64,000 nt of DNA from Gemmatimonadota bacterium (GTDB lineage: Bacteria; Gemmatimonadota; Gemmatimonadetes; Gemmatimonadales; GWC2-71-9). The notes below the pieces were generated by a model. The model did no database searches. It saw only the letters and a list, made by a program, of their open reading frames with translations, and was not told where the DNA came from. Shown in pieces: positions 20,656 to 30,948 of this stretch. The DNA is taken from contig JBGQLP010000003.1 in assembly GCA_041500125.1 (NCBI GenBank), forward strand, positions 56,751-120,750, in the 5' to 3' direction. How positions within the stretch are numbered: position 1 is the stretch's first letter; every line of letters starts with the position of its first letter. Made by a program: the position numbers and the translations under genes.

Positions 20656-21872
20656 GCCGGCTCCAGCACGGCGACGGTTTCCACGTGCGTCGTCTGCGGA
20701 AACAAGTCGAACGCTTGCACGCCCACCAGCTCGAAGTGCTCCAGTCGCAGGAGATCTCGGGCCAGGGTAGCAGGATCACAGGAGATGTAGACCAGACGGT
20801 CGGGCCGGACGCGATCCAGCTCGGAAGCCACCCGCTCATCCATCCCGGTTCTCGGCGGATTGACGATCACCAGATCGGGCCGTCCCAGCTTGCGCAGCAG
20901 GTCTTCCACTCGCCCCGCGAGCCGCCGAGCGGCCGGTCCTCTCGCCTCGGCCTCGGCGACGGCGCGACGATCCAGCTCCACGCTCTCAACGATCGCTCCC
21001 CGGGCCGTGAGGAGAGCCGTGGTCTCACCGATTCCGGCATAGAGATCCCACACTTTCCGGCCGGACACCTCACCGAGCTGTTCGACCGCGAACTGCCGCA
21101 CCCGGTCACCCATCTCAGGATGCACCTGCTCGAACACGGTGGCGGGAAACGCCTCGCCCGAGCCGGCCATGGCACGAGGAGCCCCGCCTTCGGGCTGCCA
21201 CCATATGGTGGCTGGGGTGCCGTTGCGACCCAACTCACGATAGAGGTGGTCCGCCCCGGACCAGACTTCTCCTGGCCCGACGCGAACCAACAGATGCCTG
21301 CCCCCACCGCGATCCAGCCGGAGTACAACCTGCTCCAGCTGGGGCGGCAGCAGCGTCCGGAGCTTTCGGACCATCTGCCATAGCTCCATCAGCTCGGGTA
21401 CGGTGATGTGGCACCACTTCAGATCGAAGATCTGATCGGGCCGATCGTAACGGTACAGGCCGATTCGGCGGCCGCCCTCCCGGACGTGGAGCGTGAGCTT
21501 GGTGCGGTAGTCAAACGTCTTCTCAGCCGGAACGATGGGCGGGCCGGGAGCGTCGCGCTTGGCGATCCGCCGGAGCGCGTCCCCCACAAACGAGCGCCGG
21601 CTGGCCAGCTGAGTCTCGCTATCCACGTGTTGCAGCTGGCAGCCGCCGCATTCGTCCTGCACGTAATGGGGACACCGGGGTTCCACCCGATGCGGCGACG
21701 GCTCGACCACCCGGGCGAGTCGAGCCCGGGCATAGCGCTTGTGTTCCCGGAGCCCGGTTACCTCGACCAGGTCACCGGGCGCGGTCCGGGGCACGAACAC
21801 GGTTCTGCCATCGGGCAGCTTACCCACGCCATCCCCGCCCGCTGCGAGGCGAAGGATGCGCACCGGCGTCAC
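20652..21872 (-). CDS. RumA/TrmA-family RNA (uracil-C5)-methyltransferase with TRAM domain
   Basis: N-terminal TRAM-like beta domain, Fe-S Cys cluster CPHYVQDECGGCQLQH, SAM-MTase motifs DLYAGIGE and NPPRTG, and ISCDPATLARD. A GTG at 21872 gives a GTGA overlap with the biotin carboxylase stop. Confidence 0.8.
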   Translation of the reverse strand: MTPVRILRLAAGGDGVGKLPDGRTVFVPRTAPGDLVEVTGLREHKRYARARLARVVEPSPHRVEPRCPHYVQDECGGCQLQHVDSETQLASRRSFVGDALRRIAKRDAPGPPIVPAEKTFDYRTKLTLHVREGGRRIGLYRYDRPDQIFDLKWCHITVPELMELWQMVRKLRTLLPPQLEQVVLRLDRGGGRHLLVRVGPGEVWSGADHLYRELGRNGTPATIWWQPEGGAPRAMAGSGEAFPATVFEQVHPEMGDRVRQFAVEQLGEVSGRKVWDLYAGIGETTALLTARGAIVESVELDRRAVAEAEARGPAARRLAGRVEDLLRKLGRPDLVIVNPPRTGMDERVASELDRVRPDRLVYISCDPATLARDLLRLEHFELVGVQAFDLFPQTTHVETVAVLEPA

Positions 21873-23371
21873 CTGAGGCCTTCGCTCCGCGCCTGCCTGG
21901 CCCATTCACCCCCAGGTGCCCCATCGGCAATGATGGGCGGACGCCGGCTTTGGCGAGCCTCGTCCTCCGCCAGTGCGGCGGCGACGGCGATGTCACGGAT
22001 CCGCTCCGGCGCGGTAGCCACGTTCAAGAGGTCGGTTCGGCGCTCCAGAAACTGGATGTCGATGTCTCCCTCCCGGAAGGACGGGTCCGCCATCAACCGC
22101 CGGTGGAAGGCCTGATTGGTGGCCACTCCGACGATCACCAGCTCGTCCAGCCCCTGCTTCATCCGTCCAAGCGCCTGCGCCCGGTCCGGCGCCCACGCGA
22201 TCAGTTTGGCGAGCAGTGAGTCATAGTGCAGCGTGACTTCATCGCCGATCTCGATCCCGCTGTCCCAACGCATGCCTGGTCCGGCCGGAGCGCGGAGATA
22301 TTCGATACGGCCGGTAGACGGGAGGAAGCCATTCGCGGGGTCTTCACTGGTAATGCGGCATTCGATGGCCCAGCCGCGCGGTTGAAGGGCTCCGGGTTGG
22401 ATCCGCATGGGCAGCCCACCGGCAATTCTGAGCTGCTCCCTGACCAGATCGATCCCGTAAACCAGCTCCGTCACCGGGTGCTCGACCTGAATGCGGGTGT
22501 TCATCTCCAGGAAATAGAAGAACCCGTCCGCCGTCACCAGAAACTCGCAGGTCCCCGCGCTGCGATAGCCGACTGCCCGCGCAGCGGAGACCGCAGCCTC
22601 TCCCATGCGCGCACGTAATTCGGGTGAGACCGCAGTCGAGGGTGCCTCTTCGACCAACTTTTGATGCCGTCGCTGGACGGAGCACTCCCGCTCGCACAGA
22701 TGGATGGTGCGCTCTGCGTCGGCCAATACCTGGATCTCGATATGGCGGGGTCGTTCGATGAACTTCTCCAAGTAGACACTGGCATCACCGAAGGACTTGA
22801 GTGCCTCCGAGCGAGCGGTGTCCAGGGCCGCAGCGAGCGCGGCCGGCTCCCGGACCAGGCGCATCCCCTTACCGCCCCCACCAGCCGCCGCCTTTACCAT
22901 GACGGGAAAGCCGAGTCCCTCCGCGGCGGCGAGCGCGGTCTCTAGGTCCTTGATGGGTCCACCGGCGCCCGGCACGATCGGCACGCCCGCGGCCTGCATC
23001 CGGCGTCTGGCTTCGGTCTTGTCCCCCATGGCCCGGATGGCGGCTGCCGGAGGGCCGACGAAGATGAGCCCCGCGCTCTCTACCGCCTCCGCGAACGCCG
23101 CCCGTTCGGCGAGAAATCCGTACCCCGGGTGGACGGCATCGGCTCCGGATTCCCGGGCGGCCGAGATCAGCCGCTCGATCGAGAGATAACTCTGCGATGG
23201 GGCAGCGGGCCCGATCGCGATGGCCCGATCCGCCGCCCGCACATGAGCGGCTCCCCGGTCGGCCGCGGAGTACACCGCGATGGCCTCGAGACCCTCTTCA
23301 TGGCATGCACGGATGATTCGGAGAGCAATTTCGCCGCGATTGGCGATGAGGACGCGTTTTACGGCCGGCAT
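21869..23371 (-). CDS. accC: biotin carboxylase subunit of an acyl-CoA carboxylase
   Basis: N-terminus [25 protein letters not shown], an ATP-grasp domain (GGGGKGMRLV), and motif EMNTRIQVEHPVTE. Confidence 0.93.
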   Translation of the reverse strand: MPAVKRVLIANRGEIALRIIRACHEEGLEAIAVYSAADRGAAHVRAADRAIAIGPAAPSQSYLSIERLISAARESGADAVHPGYGFLAERAAFAEAVESAGLIFVGPPAAAIRAMGDKTEARRRMQAAGVPIVPGAGGPIKDLETALAAAEGLGFPVMVKAAAGGGGKGMRLVREPAALAAALDTARSEALKSFGDASVYLEKFIERPRHIEIQVLADAERTIHLCERECSVQRRHQKLVEEAPSTAVSPELRARMGEAAVSAARAVGYRSAGTCEFLVTADGFFYFLEMNTRIQVEHPVTELVYGIDLVREQLRIAGGLPMRIQPGALQPRGWAIECRITSEDPANGFLPSTGRIEYLRAPAGPGMRWDSGIEIGDEVTLHYDSLLAKLIAWAPDRAQALGRMKQGLDELVIVGVATNQAFHRRLMADPSFREGDIDIQFLERRTDLLNVATAPERIRDIAVAAALAEDEARQSRRPPIIADGAPGGEWARQARSEGLR

Positions 23372-24453
23372 GCCGGCGGGGGCGCGTCTCCGAATGCCGG
23401 GAGGAAGCTGCTACAGAGAAGCGAATTTAAGCGCGCGGCACTGTCATAGATGCCGCGAACATCGCGGATCCAGACCGATCCCCCCTGGCGGGACGCCTGG
23501 AGCAGCTCGGTCACCGAGAGGGCCTCGGGGCCGGGCTCGATCGACCGGCTGACTCGGGTAAGGCGGAACGGGTTCCAGGTGAGCGGGGGGGCCGCCGCGC
23601 TATCGGCGGTCGGAGTGAGGCAAAGGGGGCGGCGGCCGGCAACGTCTTCCAGCGCACTCCGGATCGGGAGCGTTGGATCGATGCCCATGGCTTCCGCCAT
23701 CCGGCGGCGGTAGATGGAATCGGTGGCGTAGCGATCGGGGCGGATGGGGAGGATCTCCCGGGTCCGGAGATCGAGGTTGTCATACCACACCGAGAGCGCC
23801 TCGAGATCGCTGCCCAGCAAGAGCACGCCACCCGCCGGACAGGAGCTCAGCAGATTGGCGCCGAGCTCCAGAATGAACCCGGGCATCTCCGGAGTATTGG
23901 GACGCATCCGGGCGGGTCCCCCGATACTCCACCCTGAGTCTTCCACGAACACGACCGACCGCTCCAGCTCGGCGAGGCCGCGATACACCACCCCGGAATC
24001 CACCGAAAGCCGCACCGCCTGATCGAACGCGGTGGCGGCGAAATCCAAATAGAGAAGGCCATCAGGATCGCCCCGATGGCCTTGGAGGTGCCAGTCACGC
24101 GCGTCGAGAAGGTAGAACCGGCCGAGCTGGAACCAGGCACGGCCGTCGTCCGGAGCCATGGCGAGATAGCGGCCGAGCATATCGATCGCCATCTGCCGCT
24201 CGCCCGACCGCTCCAGTGCGGCGGCCCGGGGCGCCACGTTCGGATCGATGGCCGCCTGGGCGCTCAGGCTCGCCGCCCCGACCGCCGCCATGGCAGTGAG
24301 CACAGCCAATCCCCGGCGCCATAGCGATTGCGCCGAAGGGGATGGAATCGGCTTAGAACTGCGGTGACACATGTGTGCCAAAAATGCCTCGGGGGTCACA
24401 ACTTGGCTAGTAGGGGACGCCGCCAGCGGCCGGGATGACACGAGCCGGCTCAC
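23359..24453 (-). CDS. hypothetical protein, probably exported, TPR-like N-terminal region
   Basis: ORF of up to 364 aa. It has a candidate signal or Tat-like segment [22 protein letters not shown]. No family recognised. A GTG at 24453 overlaps the carboxyltransferase stop (GTGA); an alternative ATG lies at 24372. Confidence 0.55.
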   Translation of the reverse strand: MSRLVSSRPLAASPTSQVVTPEAFLAHMCHRSSKPIPSPSAQSLWRRGLAVLTAMAAVGAASLSAQAAIDPNVAPRAAALERSGERQMAIDMLGRYLAMAPDDGRAWFQLGRFYLLDARDWHLQGHRGDPDGLLYLDFAATAFDQAVRLSVDSGVVYRGLAELERSVVFVEDSGWSIGGPARMRPNTPEMPGFILELGANLLSSCPAGGVLLLGSDLEALSVWYDNLDLRTREILPIRPDRYATDSIYRRRMAEAMGIDPTLPIRSALEDVAGRRPLCLTPTADSAAAPPLTWNPFRLTRVSRSIEPGPEALSVTELLQASRQGGSVWIRDVRGIYDSAARLNSLLCSSFLPAFGDAPPPACRP

Positions 24454-26003
24454 AGCGGAATGTTCCCGTGCTTCTTGGGCGGGTTCCGGTCCCGCTTGCC
24501 CTTGAGCATCCGAAGCGCCTCGATCAGACGGGGGCGGGTGTCCCGGGGGTCGATCACATCGTCGATATAGCCCCGAGCGGCGGCCGCGTAGGGATGGGCA
24601 AACTTCTCGGTATACTCCTCGATCAGTCGCTCGGTCGCGACAGCCGGGTCTTTCGCCTTGGCGATCTCATCCTTGAAAAGGATCTCGACTGCGCCCTTCG
24701 GTCCCATGACGGCGATCTCGGCTGAAGGCCACGCCAGGTTCACGTCTCCGCGGATGTGCTTCGAGCTCATGACGTCGTAGGCGCCGCCGTACGCCTTCCG
24801 GGTGATCACGGTGAGTTTGGGGACGGTGGCCTCGCAGTAGGCATAGAGCAGTTTGGCCCCGTGTTTGATGATCCCGCCGTGCTCCTGAGTTACGCCGGGC
24901 AGGAATCCCGGCACATCCACGAAGGTCACGATCGGCAGATTGAAGCAATCGCAGAAACGGATGAACCGGGCCGCCTTGATCGACGCGTTGATGTCGAGCA
25001 CGCCGGCCAGCACCGCGGGCTGATTGGCCACAATGCCCACCGGACTGCCGCCCAACCGCCCGAAGCCGACCACGATGTTGTCCGCGTGACCCCGCTGCAC
25101 TTCCAGGAACACCTCGTCGTCCACCACTCGGCCGATGACGCCGTGGATGTCGTAAGGCTTGTTCGCGCTATCCGGGATCAGCTCCAGCAGCGCCTCGTCC
25201 CGCCGTTCGACCGGATCACCGGTGGGGCGATGAGGTGGCTCGTCCAGGTTATTGAGCGGAAGGAATCCGATCAGCTCGCGTACGGCCTGGATGCACTCGG
25301 GCTCCGAGTCGTGAACGAAGTGGGCGACTCCCGACGTCTCGCCGTGGGTATCAGCCCCGCCCAAATCGTCAAAGCTGACCTCTTCATGGGTGACGGTCTT
25401 CACCACGCTGGGGCCGGTCACGAACATGTAGCTCACCCCACGCACCATGAAGATGAAATCGGTGATAGCCGGGCTGTACACCGCCCCGCCGGCGCAGGGT
25501 CCCAGCACGGCCGATATCTGAGGAATCACTCCGGACGCGAGAGTATTCCGGAGGAAGATGTCGGCGTATCCGCCAAGTGAGGCCACCCCCTCCTGGATCC
25601 GGGCACCCCCCGAGTCGTTGAGCCCGATGACCGGCGCCCCAGTCTTGAGGGCCAGATCCATGATCTTGCAGATCTTCTCCGCATGGGCTTCGGAGAGCGA
25701 GCCACCGAACACGGTGAAGTCCTGGGAAAAGACGTAGACCAAACGGCCGTCGATCCGGCCCGAGCCGGTGACCACCCCGTCGCCGGGGAATATCTGCTGA
25801 TCCAGGCCGAAGTCGGTGGAGCGGTGGGTGACGAAACGGTCGAGCTCGATGAAGCTCCCCTCGTCGAGCAGCAGATCGAGCCGTTCGCGGGCGGTAAGCT
25901 TGCCTTTCTTGTGCTGCTGCGCGACGCGCTCCGGTCCCCCACCCTGCTCGGCGAGGGTTTGGCGGTGATGAAGAACGTCAAGGAGCTTTCGGGGCTCGGG
26001 CAT
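24450..26003 (-). CDS. acyl-CoA carboxylase carboxyltransferase subunit (propionyl-CoA carboxylase beta / methylmalonyl-CoA decarboxylase alpha type)
   Basis: 517 aa, the typical fused CT beta-alpha architecture. Motifs: [33 protein letters not shown]. Confidence 0.93.
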   Translation of the reverse strand: MPEPRKLLDVLHHRQTLAEQGGGPERVAQQHKKGKLTARERLDLLLDEGSFIELDRFVTHRSTDFGLDQQIFPGDGVVTGSGRIDGRLVYVFSQDFTVFGGSLSEAHAEKICKIMDLALKTGAPVIGLNDSGGARIQEGVASLGGYADIFLRNTLASGVIPQISAVLGPCAGGAVYSPAITDFIFMVRGVSYMFVTGPSVVKTVTHEEVSFDDLGGADTHGETSGVAHFVHDSEPECIQAVRELIGFLPLNNLDEPPHRPTGDPVERRDEALLELIPDSANKPYDIHGVIGRVVDDEVFLEVQRGHADNIVVGFGRLGGSPVGIVANQPAVLAGVLDINASIKAARFIRFCDCFNLPIVTFVDVPGFLPGVTQEHGGIIKHGAKLLYAYCEATVPKLTVITRKAYGGAYDVMSSKHIRGDVNLAWPSAEIAVMGPKGAVEILFKDEIAKAKDPAVATERLIEEYTEKFAHPYAAAARGYIDDVIDPRDTRPRLIEALRMLKGKRDRNPPKKHGNIPL

Positions 26004-26018
26004 CGCGGGGAAGATATA

Positions 26019-26120
26019 GAAGACGGAGAGGACGGAGAAGGCGGAGCGGTGAAAGAAAAAGGCGAAGGGATCGCTCGATCCTCTCCGCCCTCTCGGTCTT
26101 CTCCGTCCTCGCCGCCTTCT
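26019..26120. repeat. nested inverted repeat, purine-rich GGAGA-type arms
   Basis: Perfect 13-bp inverted repeat GAGGACGGAGAAG (26028..26040) / CTTCTCCGTCCTC (26098..26110), enclosing the rpsA terminator hairpin. Confidence 0.6.
26051..26089 (-). terminator. rpsA intrinsic terminator
   Basis: Imperfect ~11-bp hairpin at 26061..26089, followed on the minus strand by TTTTTCTTTC (26051..26060). It lies 30 nt after the rpsA stop. Confidence 0.45.
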
Positions 26121-27828
26121 ATTCGGTCGCCGTCGTCTCCTCGAACGCCGGCTTCACTGGCGGAATGATCGGCTCATCGGGATACCCGATGACGGCCAAC
26201 ACAATCCGGTGATGGATCGGATCCACCTCGAGTACCTTGAGGTCGAGCACTTGACCTTCCTTGACCGCCTCGCCGGGGTTCTCGATGTCGGGCACGCCCA
26301 ACTGCGACATCGGCACGAAGCCTTCGATGTCGTTGCCCAGATCCACAACCACACCCTTGTCCATCAACCGCACCGACCGGCCCCGCAGCTCCATGCCGAT
26401 GGGATAGGTCTCGCCGATCTTGAGCCAGGGATCTTCCTCGGCCTGTTTGAGGCCCAGTGAGATCCGCTTGTTCTCGGCGTCGATGTTGAGGATCACCACG
26501 TCCACCGCGTCGCCCTTCTTGACTACCTCAGAAGGATGCTGGACCCGCTTGGTCCACGACATGTCGGAGATATGGATCAGTCCGTCGATGCCGGGCTCGA
26601 TCTCCACAAAGGCGCCGAAGCTGGTCAGGTTCCGCACCTTGCCATTGATGCGGGTGCCCACCGGGTACTTGAGCGGAAGCACCATCCAGGGATCCTGTTC
26701 GGTCTGCTTCATGCCCAGGGAGATCTTCTCCTCGGCCTCGTCCACCTTCAGCACCACCGCTTCGATGGTTTCCCCAATGCTCACGATCTTGGAGGGATGG
26801 CGCACGTTGCGGGTCCAGCTCATCTCCGAGATGTGAACCAGTCCTTCGATGCCGGGCTCGATCTCCACGAAGGCGCCGTAGTTGGTGATCGAAACCACCT
26901 TGCCTTGTACCCGGGTGCCGACCGGGTACTTGGCGGCCACATTCTGCCAGGGATACGACTGCAGTTGCTTCATGCCCAGGCTGATGCGCTCGCGCTGCCA
27001 GTCGATGTCGAGGATCTTGACCTCGACTTCCTTGCCGATCGCTACCATCTCGGTGGGGTGGGAAACCCTGCCGTAGGACATGTCGGTGATATGCAGCAGG
27101 CCGTCCACGCCGCCCAGATCGATGAACGCGCCGAAGTCGGTAATGTTCTTGACTACGCCCTTCCGGACCTGGCCAACCGCCAGCTCCTTCATCAGGTGCT
27201 CGCGCTTGTGGGCCCGCTCGTTTTCCAGGATTACCCGGCGGCTGACCACGATGTTCCGCCGCCGCTTGTTGAGCTTGATGATCTTGAACTCGTAGGTCTG
27301 GCCCAGCAGCTCGTCGATGTTGGGCACCCGGCGGAGAGCGATCTGGCTGCCGGGGAGGAAGGCGTCCACCCCCATCAGGTTCACCACCACGCCACCCTTG
27401 ATCTTCTTGACCAGGGTGCCCTCGACCGGCTGATCGCTCTCGTGGGCCACGCGGATCTTTTCCCAGACCCGCATGAAGTCGGCCTTCTTCTTCGATAAAA
27501 CGACGGCGCCTTCCTGGTCCTCCAGATGCTCGAGAAAGACTTCGACCTCATCGCCCTCTTTCAGGGAATGGGGATCCTTGAACTCATCCAGCGGAACCGA
27601 GCCCTCGGATTTGAACCCGACGTCGAGGATGACCGCGTTGTCGGTGACTCGGAGGACCTTGGATTTGACGATCTCGCCCTCGACGATCTGCGACATGGTG
27701 CCCTCGTACATCGAGAGCATCTGCTCGTAGTCCTCGTCGCTGTAGTCCTCGTCGTATAGATCCTGGCGAACGCGCAGGCCGGTGGGAGAGATGAACTGGT
27801 CGCTGGTAGGATGGAGTTGATCGAGCAT
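26119..27828 (-). CDS. rpsA: 30S ribosomal protein S1
   Basis: 569 aa with six S1 repeats (recurring GxVxxITxFGAFVxI and GLxHISxMS patterns). Confidence 0.95.
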   Translation of the reverse strand: MLDQLHPTSDQFISPTGLRVRQDLYDEDYSDEDYEQMLSMYEGTMSQIVEGEIVKSKVLRVTDNAVILDVGFKSEGSVPLDEFKDPHSLKEGDEVEVFLEHLEDQEGAVVLSKKKADFMRVWEKIRVAHESDQPVEGTLVKKIKGGVVVNLMGVDAFLPGSQIALRRVPNIDELLGQTYEFKIIKLNKRRRNIVVSRRVILENERAHKREHLMKELAVGQVRKGVVKNITDFGAFIDLGGVDGLLHITDMSYGRVSHPTEMVAIGKEVEVKILDIDWQRERISLGMKQLQSYPWQNVAAKYPVGTRVQGKVVSITNYGAFVEIEPGIEGLVHISEMSWTRNVRHPSKIVSIGETIEAVVLKVDEAEEKISLGMKQTEQDPWMVLPLKYPVGTRINGKVRNLTSFGAFVEIEPGIDGLIHISDMSWTKRVQHPSEVVKKGDAVDVVILNIDAENKRISLGLKQAEEDPWLKIGETYPIGMELRGRSVRLMDKGVVVDLGNDIEGFVPMSQLGVPDIENPGEAVKEGQVLDLKVLEVDPIHHRIVLAVIGYPDEPIIPPVKPAFEETTATE

Positions 27829-27848
27829 GCGAAGCTGTGCCGTCCTTT

Positions 27849-27874
27849 AAAAAGCCGTGCCCCTGAGGCCACGG
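27849..27874 (-). terminator. hairpin plus U-tract between cmk and rpsA
   Basis: The minus strand reads CCGTGGCCTCAGGGGCACGG CTTTTTAAAGG. The T-tract ends 21 nt upstream of the rpsA ATG. Confidence 0.5.
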
Positions 27875-27993
27875 GTAAGAGTGGAGCCGCGCCCCCGGCG
27901 GATGCGCCGAGGTCGAGAGCCAATGAGGATAAGGCGCGAGGCCCCACAACGCAAGGCCTATCAATCGGTTGACTGTTGAGAAAAGCGGTCAGG

Positions 27994-28704
27994 TCACCGG
28001 CGGGAGAAGATCGGCCGAGCCCGGTCCACGATGAACCGCACCTGTTCGGCGAAGCCCATGGCCGTGGTATCCAGGTGGACGGCGTCGGCGGCCGGGAGCA
28101 GAGGTGCTACCGCGCGGGTGGAATCGGCGTGGTCGCGCGCGGCCAGCGCCGCGGTCTCGGCATCGAGGTGATCCCGCTGGATGGCGGCGCCCCGCTGGCT
28201 GATCCGACGGCCGGCCCGGGCCTCGGGGGAAGCAGTGAGAAAGATCTTCAGATCGGCATCGGGGAAGACCACGGTGCCGATGTCCCTTCCATCTACCACC
28301 ACGTTCTGGCCGGCGCGTACCATCGCGCGAAGCCGGGTGTTGACCCACTCCCGGACCACGGGGATGGCCGCGATGGCGGACACATGCGCCGTCACCTCGA
28401 CGCTGCGGAGGGCGTCCTCCACCGGCTCGCCCTCCAGGTAAGCGGCAAAGCCGGCGCCATCTGACTGCAACATGAGACCGCGATCCTCGGCTGCTCGCAG
28501 GATGGTCTCCGGTGCGAGGTCACGAACCGGATCACTGCCCTGACAACCCCGCCGGGCCCATTCCCTGAGCGTCACCAGGGTGACCCCGCGGTACAGAGAG
28601 CCCGAGTCGAGATGCGCGAACCCGAGAGCCTCCGCCACCGCCCGCGCGGTGCTGGACTTGCCCGAGGCGGATGGCCCGTCGATCGCGATCACGCCGCCGT
28701 TCAT
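27994..28704 (-). CDS. cmk: cytidylate kinase
   Basis: P-loop IAIDGPSASGKSS. ATGA-type overlap with aroA. Confidence 0.93.
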   Translation of the reverse strand: MNGGVIAIDGPSASGKSSTARAVAEALGFAHLDSGSLYRGVTLVTLREWARRGCQGSDPVRDLAPETILRAAEDRGLMLQSDGAGFAAYLEGEPVEDALRSVEVTAHVSAIAAIPVVREWVNTRLRAMVRAGQNVVVDGRDIGTVVFPDADLKIFLTASPEARAGRRISQRGAAIQRDHLDAETAALAARDHADSTRAVAPLLPAADAVHLDTTAMGFAEQVRFIVDRARPIFSRR

Positions 28705-29972
28705 CTCCGAGCCCTCTTCCCGATTCTCCGGAGCGTCTGGGGAAAGTTCGGAAAACTGACCGCCGCGGACGCCAGGTTGTCGATTCGGACCCGGGCCTTG
28801 GGCAAGGTGCCCAGCACAGCAAAGGCCATGGCAAGCCGATGATCCGCCGCGGTTCGTACCCTGCCGTCGGGTACAGTATCGCTCCCCTCCACCACCAGAT
28901 CCTCTCCTATCACCTCGGCGCGGGCTCCCACGGCGCGGAGATTTTCGGCCATGAGCCCGAGCCGGTCACTTTCCTTTACCCGGAGCTCTCCCACCTCTCT
29001 GAAGGTGGTGCGGCCTTCCGCCCGGGAGGCGAGCACGGCCAGAATGGGGATCTCATCGATGAGCCCGGGGATCTCGTGCGCGGCCACCTCAGTGCCGCGC
29101 AGCCCTCCCGGTTTGACCACCAGGTCTCCCACCGGCTCGCCGAACTGGGCGGCGCGGCTCTCGATCCGAACCTCAGCGCCCATCCGGCGCAATACCTCGA
29201 GGAAGCCGATCCGGGTGGGATTGACCCCCACGCCGGAGATCCGCAGCTCGCCGGCCTCGGCCAGGACCGCCGCGCCTACCAGAAAAGCGGCGGAGGACGG
29301 GTCGCCCGGCACTTCGATCTCAAACGGCTCGACCCGGCCGCTCGGCGAGAAGTGGATCCAGCCCTCGCTCTCCCGGACTCCGTACCCGAAAGCACGGAGC
29401 AGCCGCTCGGTGTGGTCGCGGGAGCGGCCCTGTGGCTCGCGCAGCGCCACTTCCACTTCCCCGGCAACGCCGGCAAACAGGAGCGCGCTCTTGATCTGCG
29501 CGCTGGAGACCGGCATGTCGTAGGTCAGCGGCTTGAGCCGGGCACCTTCGACCGTGAGGGGGAGGCCGTCTCCATTCCGTTCGATGAACCGCGCTCCCAT
29601 CTCGGAGAGAGGACTGGTGACCCGGCGCATCGGCCGGCGTCGAAGCGAACTGTCACCGGTGAGCGTGGTGGAGAACTGGTGAGCGGAGAGGAGACCCAGC
29701 AGCAGCCGAGTGGTGGTGCCCGAGTTTCCGCAGTTCAGCGACTCGATGGGACGGCGAAAGCGTCCCCTCCCCTGCACCGTCATGGTTGCCCCCATCCGGA
29801 GCGGCGAAAGCCCGGCGCCGAGCTGCCGCAAGACCCGCGCGGTAGAGCGCGCATCCAGTGAGGTCAGCGCGCCGCCGACCCGGCTGGTCCCCCGCGCCAG
29901 AGCCGCGAGCAGCAGCACCCGGTGGGTGATGCTCTTGTCGCCGGGGACCCGGACCGTGCCGGCGACCCTCAC
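28701..29972 (-). CDS. aroA: 3-phosphoshikimate 1-carboxyvinyltransferase (EPSP synthase)
   Basis: Motifs VPGDKSITHRVLLLAAL, LNCGNSGTTTRLL and DHRLAMAF. A GTG at 29972 gives a GTGA overlap with the tyrA stop. The track extension to 30134 lies inside tyrA. Confidence 0.93.
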   Translation of the reverse strand: MRVAGTVRVPGDKSITHRVLLLAALARGTSRVGGALTSLDARSTARVLRQLGAGLSPLRMGATMTVQGRGRFRRPIESLNCGNSGTTTRLLLGLLSAHQFSTTLTGDSSLRRRPMRRVTSPLSEMGARFIERNGDGLPLTVEGARLKPLTYDMPVSSAQIKSALLFAGVAGEVEVALREPQGRSRDHTERLLRAFGYGVRESEGWIHFSPSGRVEPFEIEVPGDPSSAAFLVGAAVLAEAGELRISGVGVNPTRIGFLEVLRRMGAEVRIESRAAQFGEPVGDLVVKPGGLRGTEVAAHEIPGLIDEIPILAVLASRAEGRTTFREVGELRVKESDRLGLMAENLRAVGARAEVIGEDLVVEGSDTVPDGRVRTAADHRLAMAFAVLGTLPKARVRIDNLASAAVSFPNFPQTLRRIGKRARR

Positions 29973-30817
29973 CGTTCGATCCCCTCGCGGAAGACCTTTG
30001 CCGCTTCGAGAAACCGGCGGAGCCCGGCCACGTCCCGGCTCGCCAGCAGTCGCCGCAGCTCCGTGATCTCGCCCTCGGTTTGTTCCAGAGCTTCGCTCAC
30101 CGCAGCCTGATTGTAGAGCAGGATGTCGACCCACATTTCGGGATTGCTGGCGGCGAGCCGAGTCGTGTCCTTTGCCCCACTGCCGAACGAGACCGCGCTG
30201 AGTCCCCGGTCCGCCAGACTCTTGGCCAGGGCATAGGCGATGGCTTGGGGCAGATGACTGGTCCAGGCCAGCTGCCGGTCATGCGCCTCGGCGTCTATCC
30301 GTACCGGTGCGGCTTCCAAGGTGCGCTCCCAGAAGCTGGCGACGGTGTCGGCCGCTCGATGTCCAGCCGACGTTCCGCTCTCACAGATGTAGACCACGCA
30401 CCCGCGGAAACGATCGGGACGGGCGGAGCCGAAGCCGGTCTCGTGGGTGCCGGCGAGGGGGTGGCCGCCGGCAAACCGGTCGCCTAGCCCGGAGGCTACG
30501 GCCTGCTTGACGACGGGCGCCTTCACGCTGCATACGTCGGTGAGGAGGGTGCCGGCCTCGAGGACGGAGGCCAGCCCCGCGATCAAGTCCAGCGTGGGAC
30601 GTGGCGGCACCGCGAGCACCACCAGCTCGGCGCCCCGGATTGCGCGAGTGGGCGTGTCGGCCAGCTCCGTAATCGCCGCGGCCTTGAGGGCACGCACCCC
30701 CTCGGACGGCTCCGGCGAGTATCCGGTGACTCGGGCAACCCCGGCCAGGCGGGCCTGCCAGGCGAGCGATCCCCCGATCGCTCCCAGGCCGATCACTGCC
30801 AGCGAAGACGGGCGCAC
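29969..30817 (-). CDS. tyrA: prephenate dehydrogenase
   Basis: Rossmann motif VIGLGAIGGSLA, motif GGHPLAGTH, and its position upstream of aroA. Confidence 0.85.
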   Translation of the reverse strand: MRPSSLAVIGLGAIGGSLAWQARLAGVARVTGYSPEPSEGVRALKAAAITELADTPTRAIRGAELVVLAVPPRPTLDLIAGLASVLEAGTLLTDVCSVKAPVVKQAVASGLGDRFAGGHPLAGTHETGFGSARPDRFRGCVVYICESGTSAGHRAADTVASFWERTLEAAPVRIDAEAHDRQLAWTSHLPQAIAYALAKSLADRGLSAVSFGSGAKDTTRLAASNPEMWVDILLYNQAAVSEALEQTEGEITELRRLLASRDVAGLRRFLEAAKVFREGIER

Positions 30818-30948
30818 GTGCCGCTAGGACGAGAGTCTGAGAAACGCATCCGATGGCCGGGGGAAGCGGGTACGACCGTGTCGTTGTTGCCGGAGGACAG
30901 CCAAGATTGTACTGATATGTGACCTGATTCTCAACGGAACCCGCGCGC

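Noticed and set aside
25683-26168. 161-aa plus-strand ORF with a repetitive GEDGEGG and [13 protein letters not shown] sequence. The underlying GGAGA-type repeats also looked briefly like a short tandem or CRISPR-like array.
   Set aside because: The ORF is antisense to the carboxyltransferase 5' end and the rpsA 3' end, and simply reads through the inverted repeat. The repeats are two inverted arms, not regularly spaced direct repeats with spacers.
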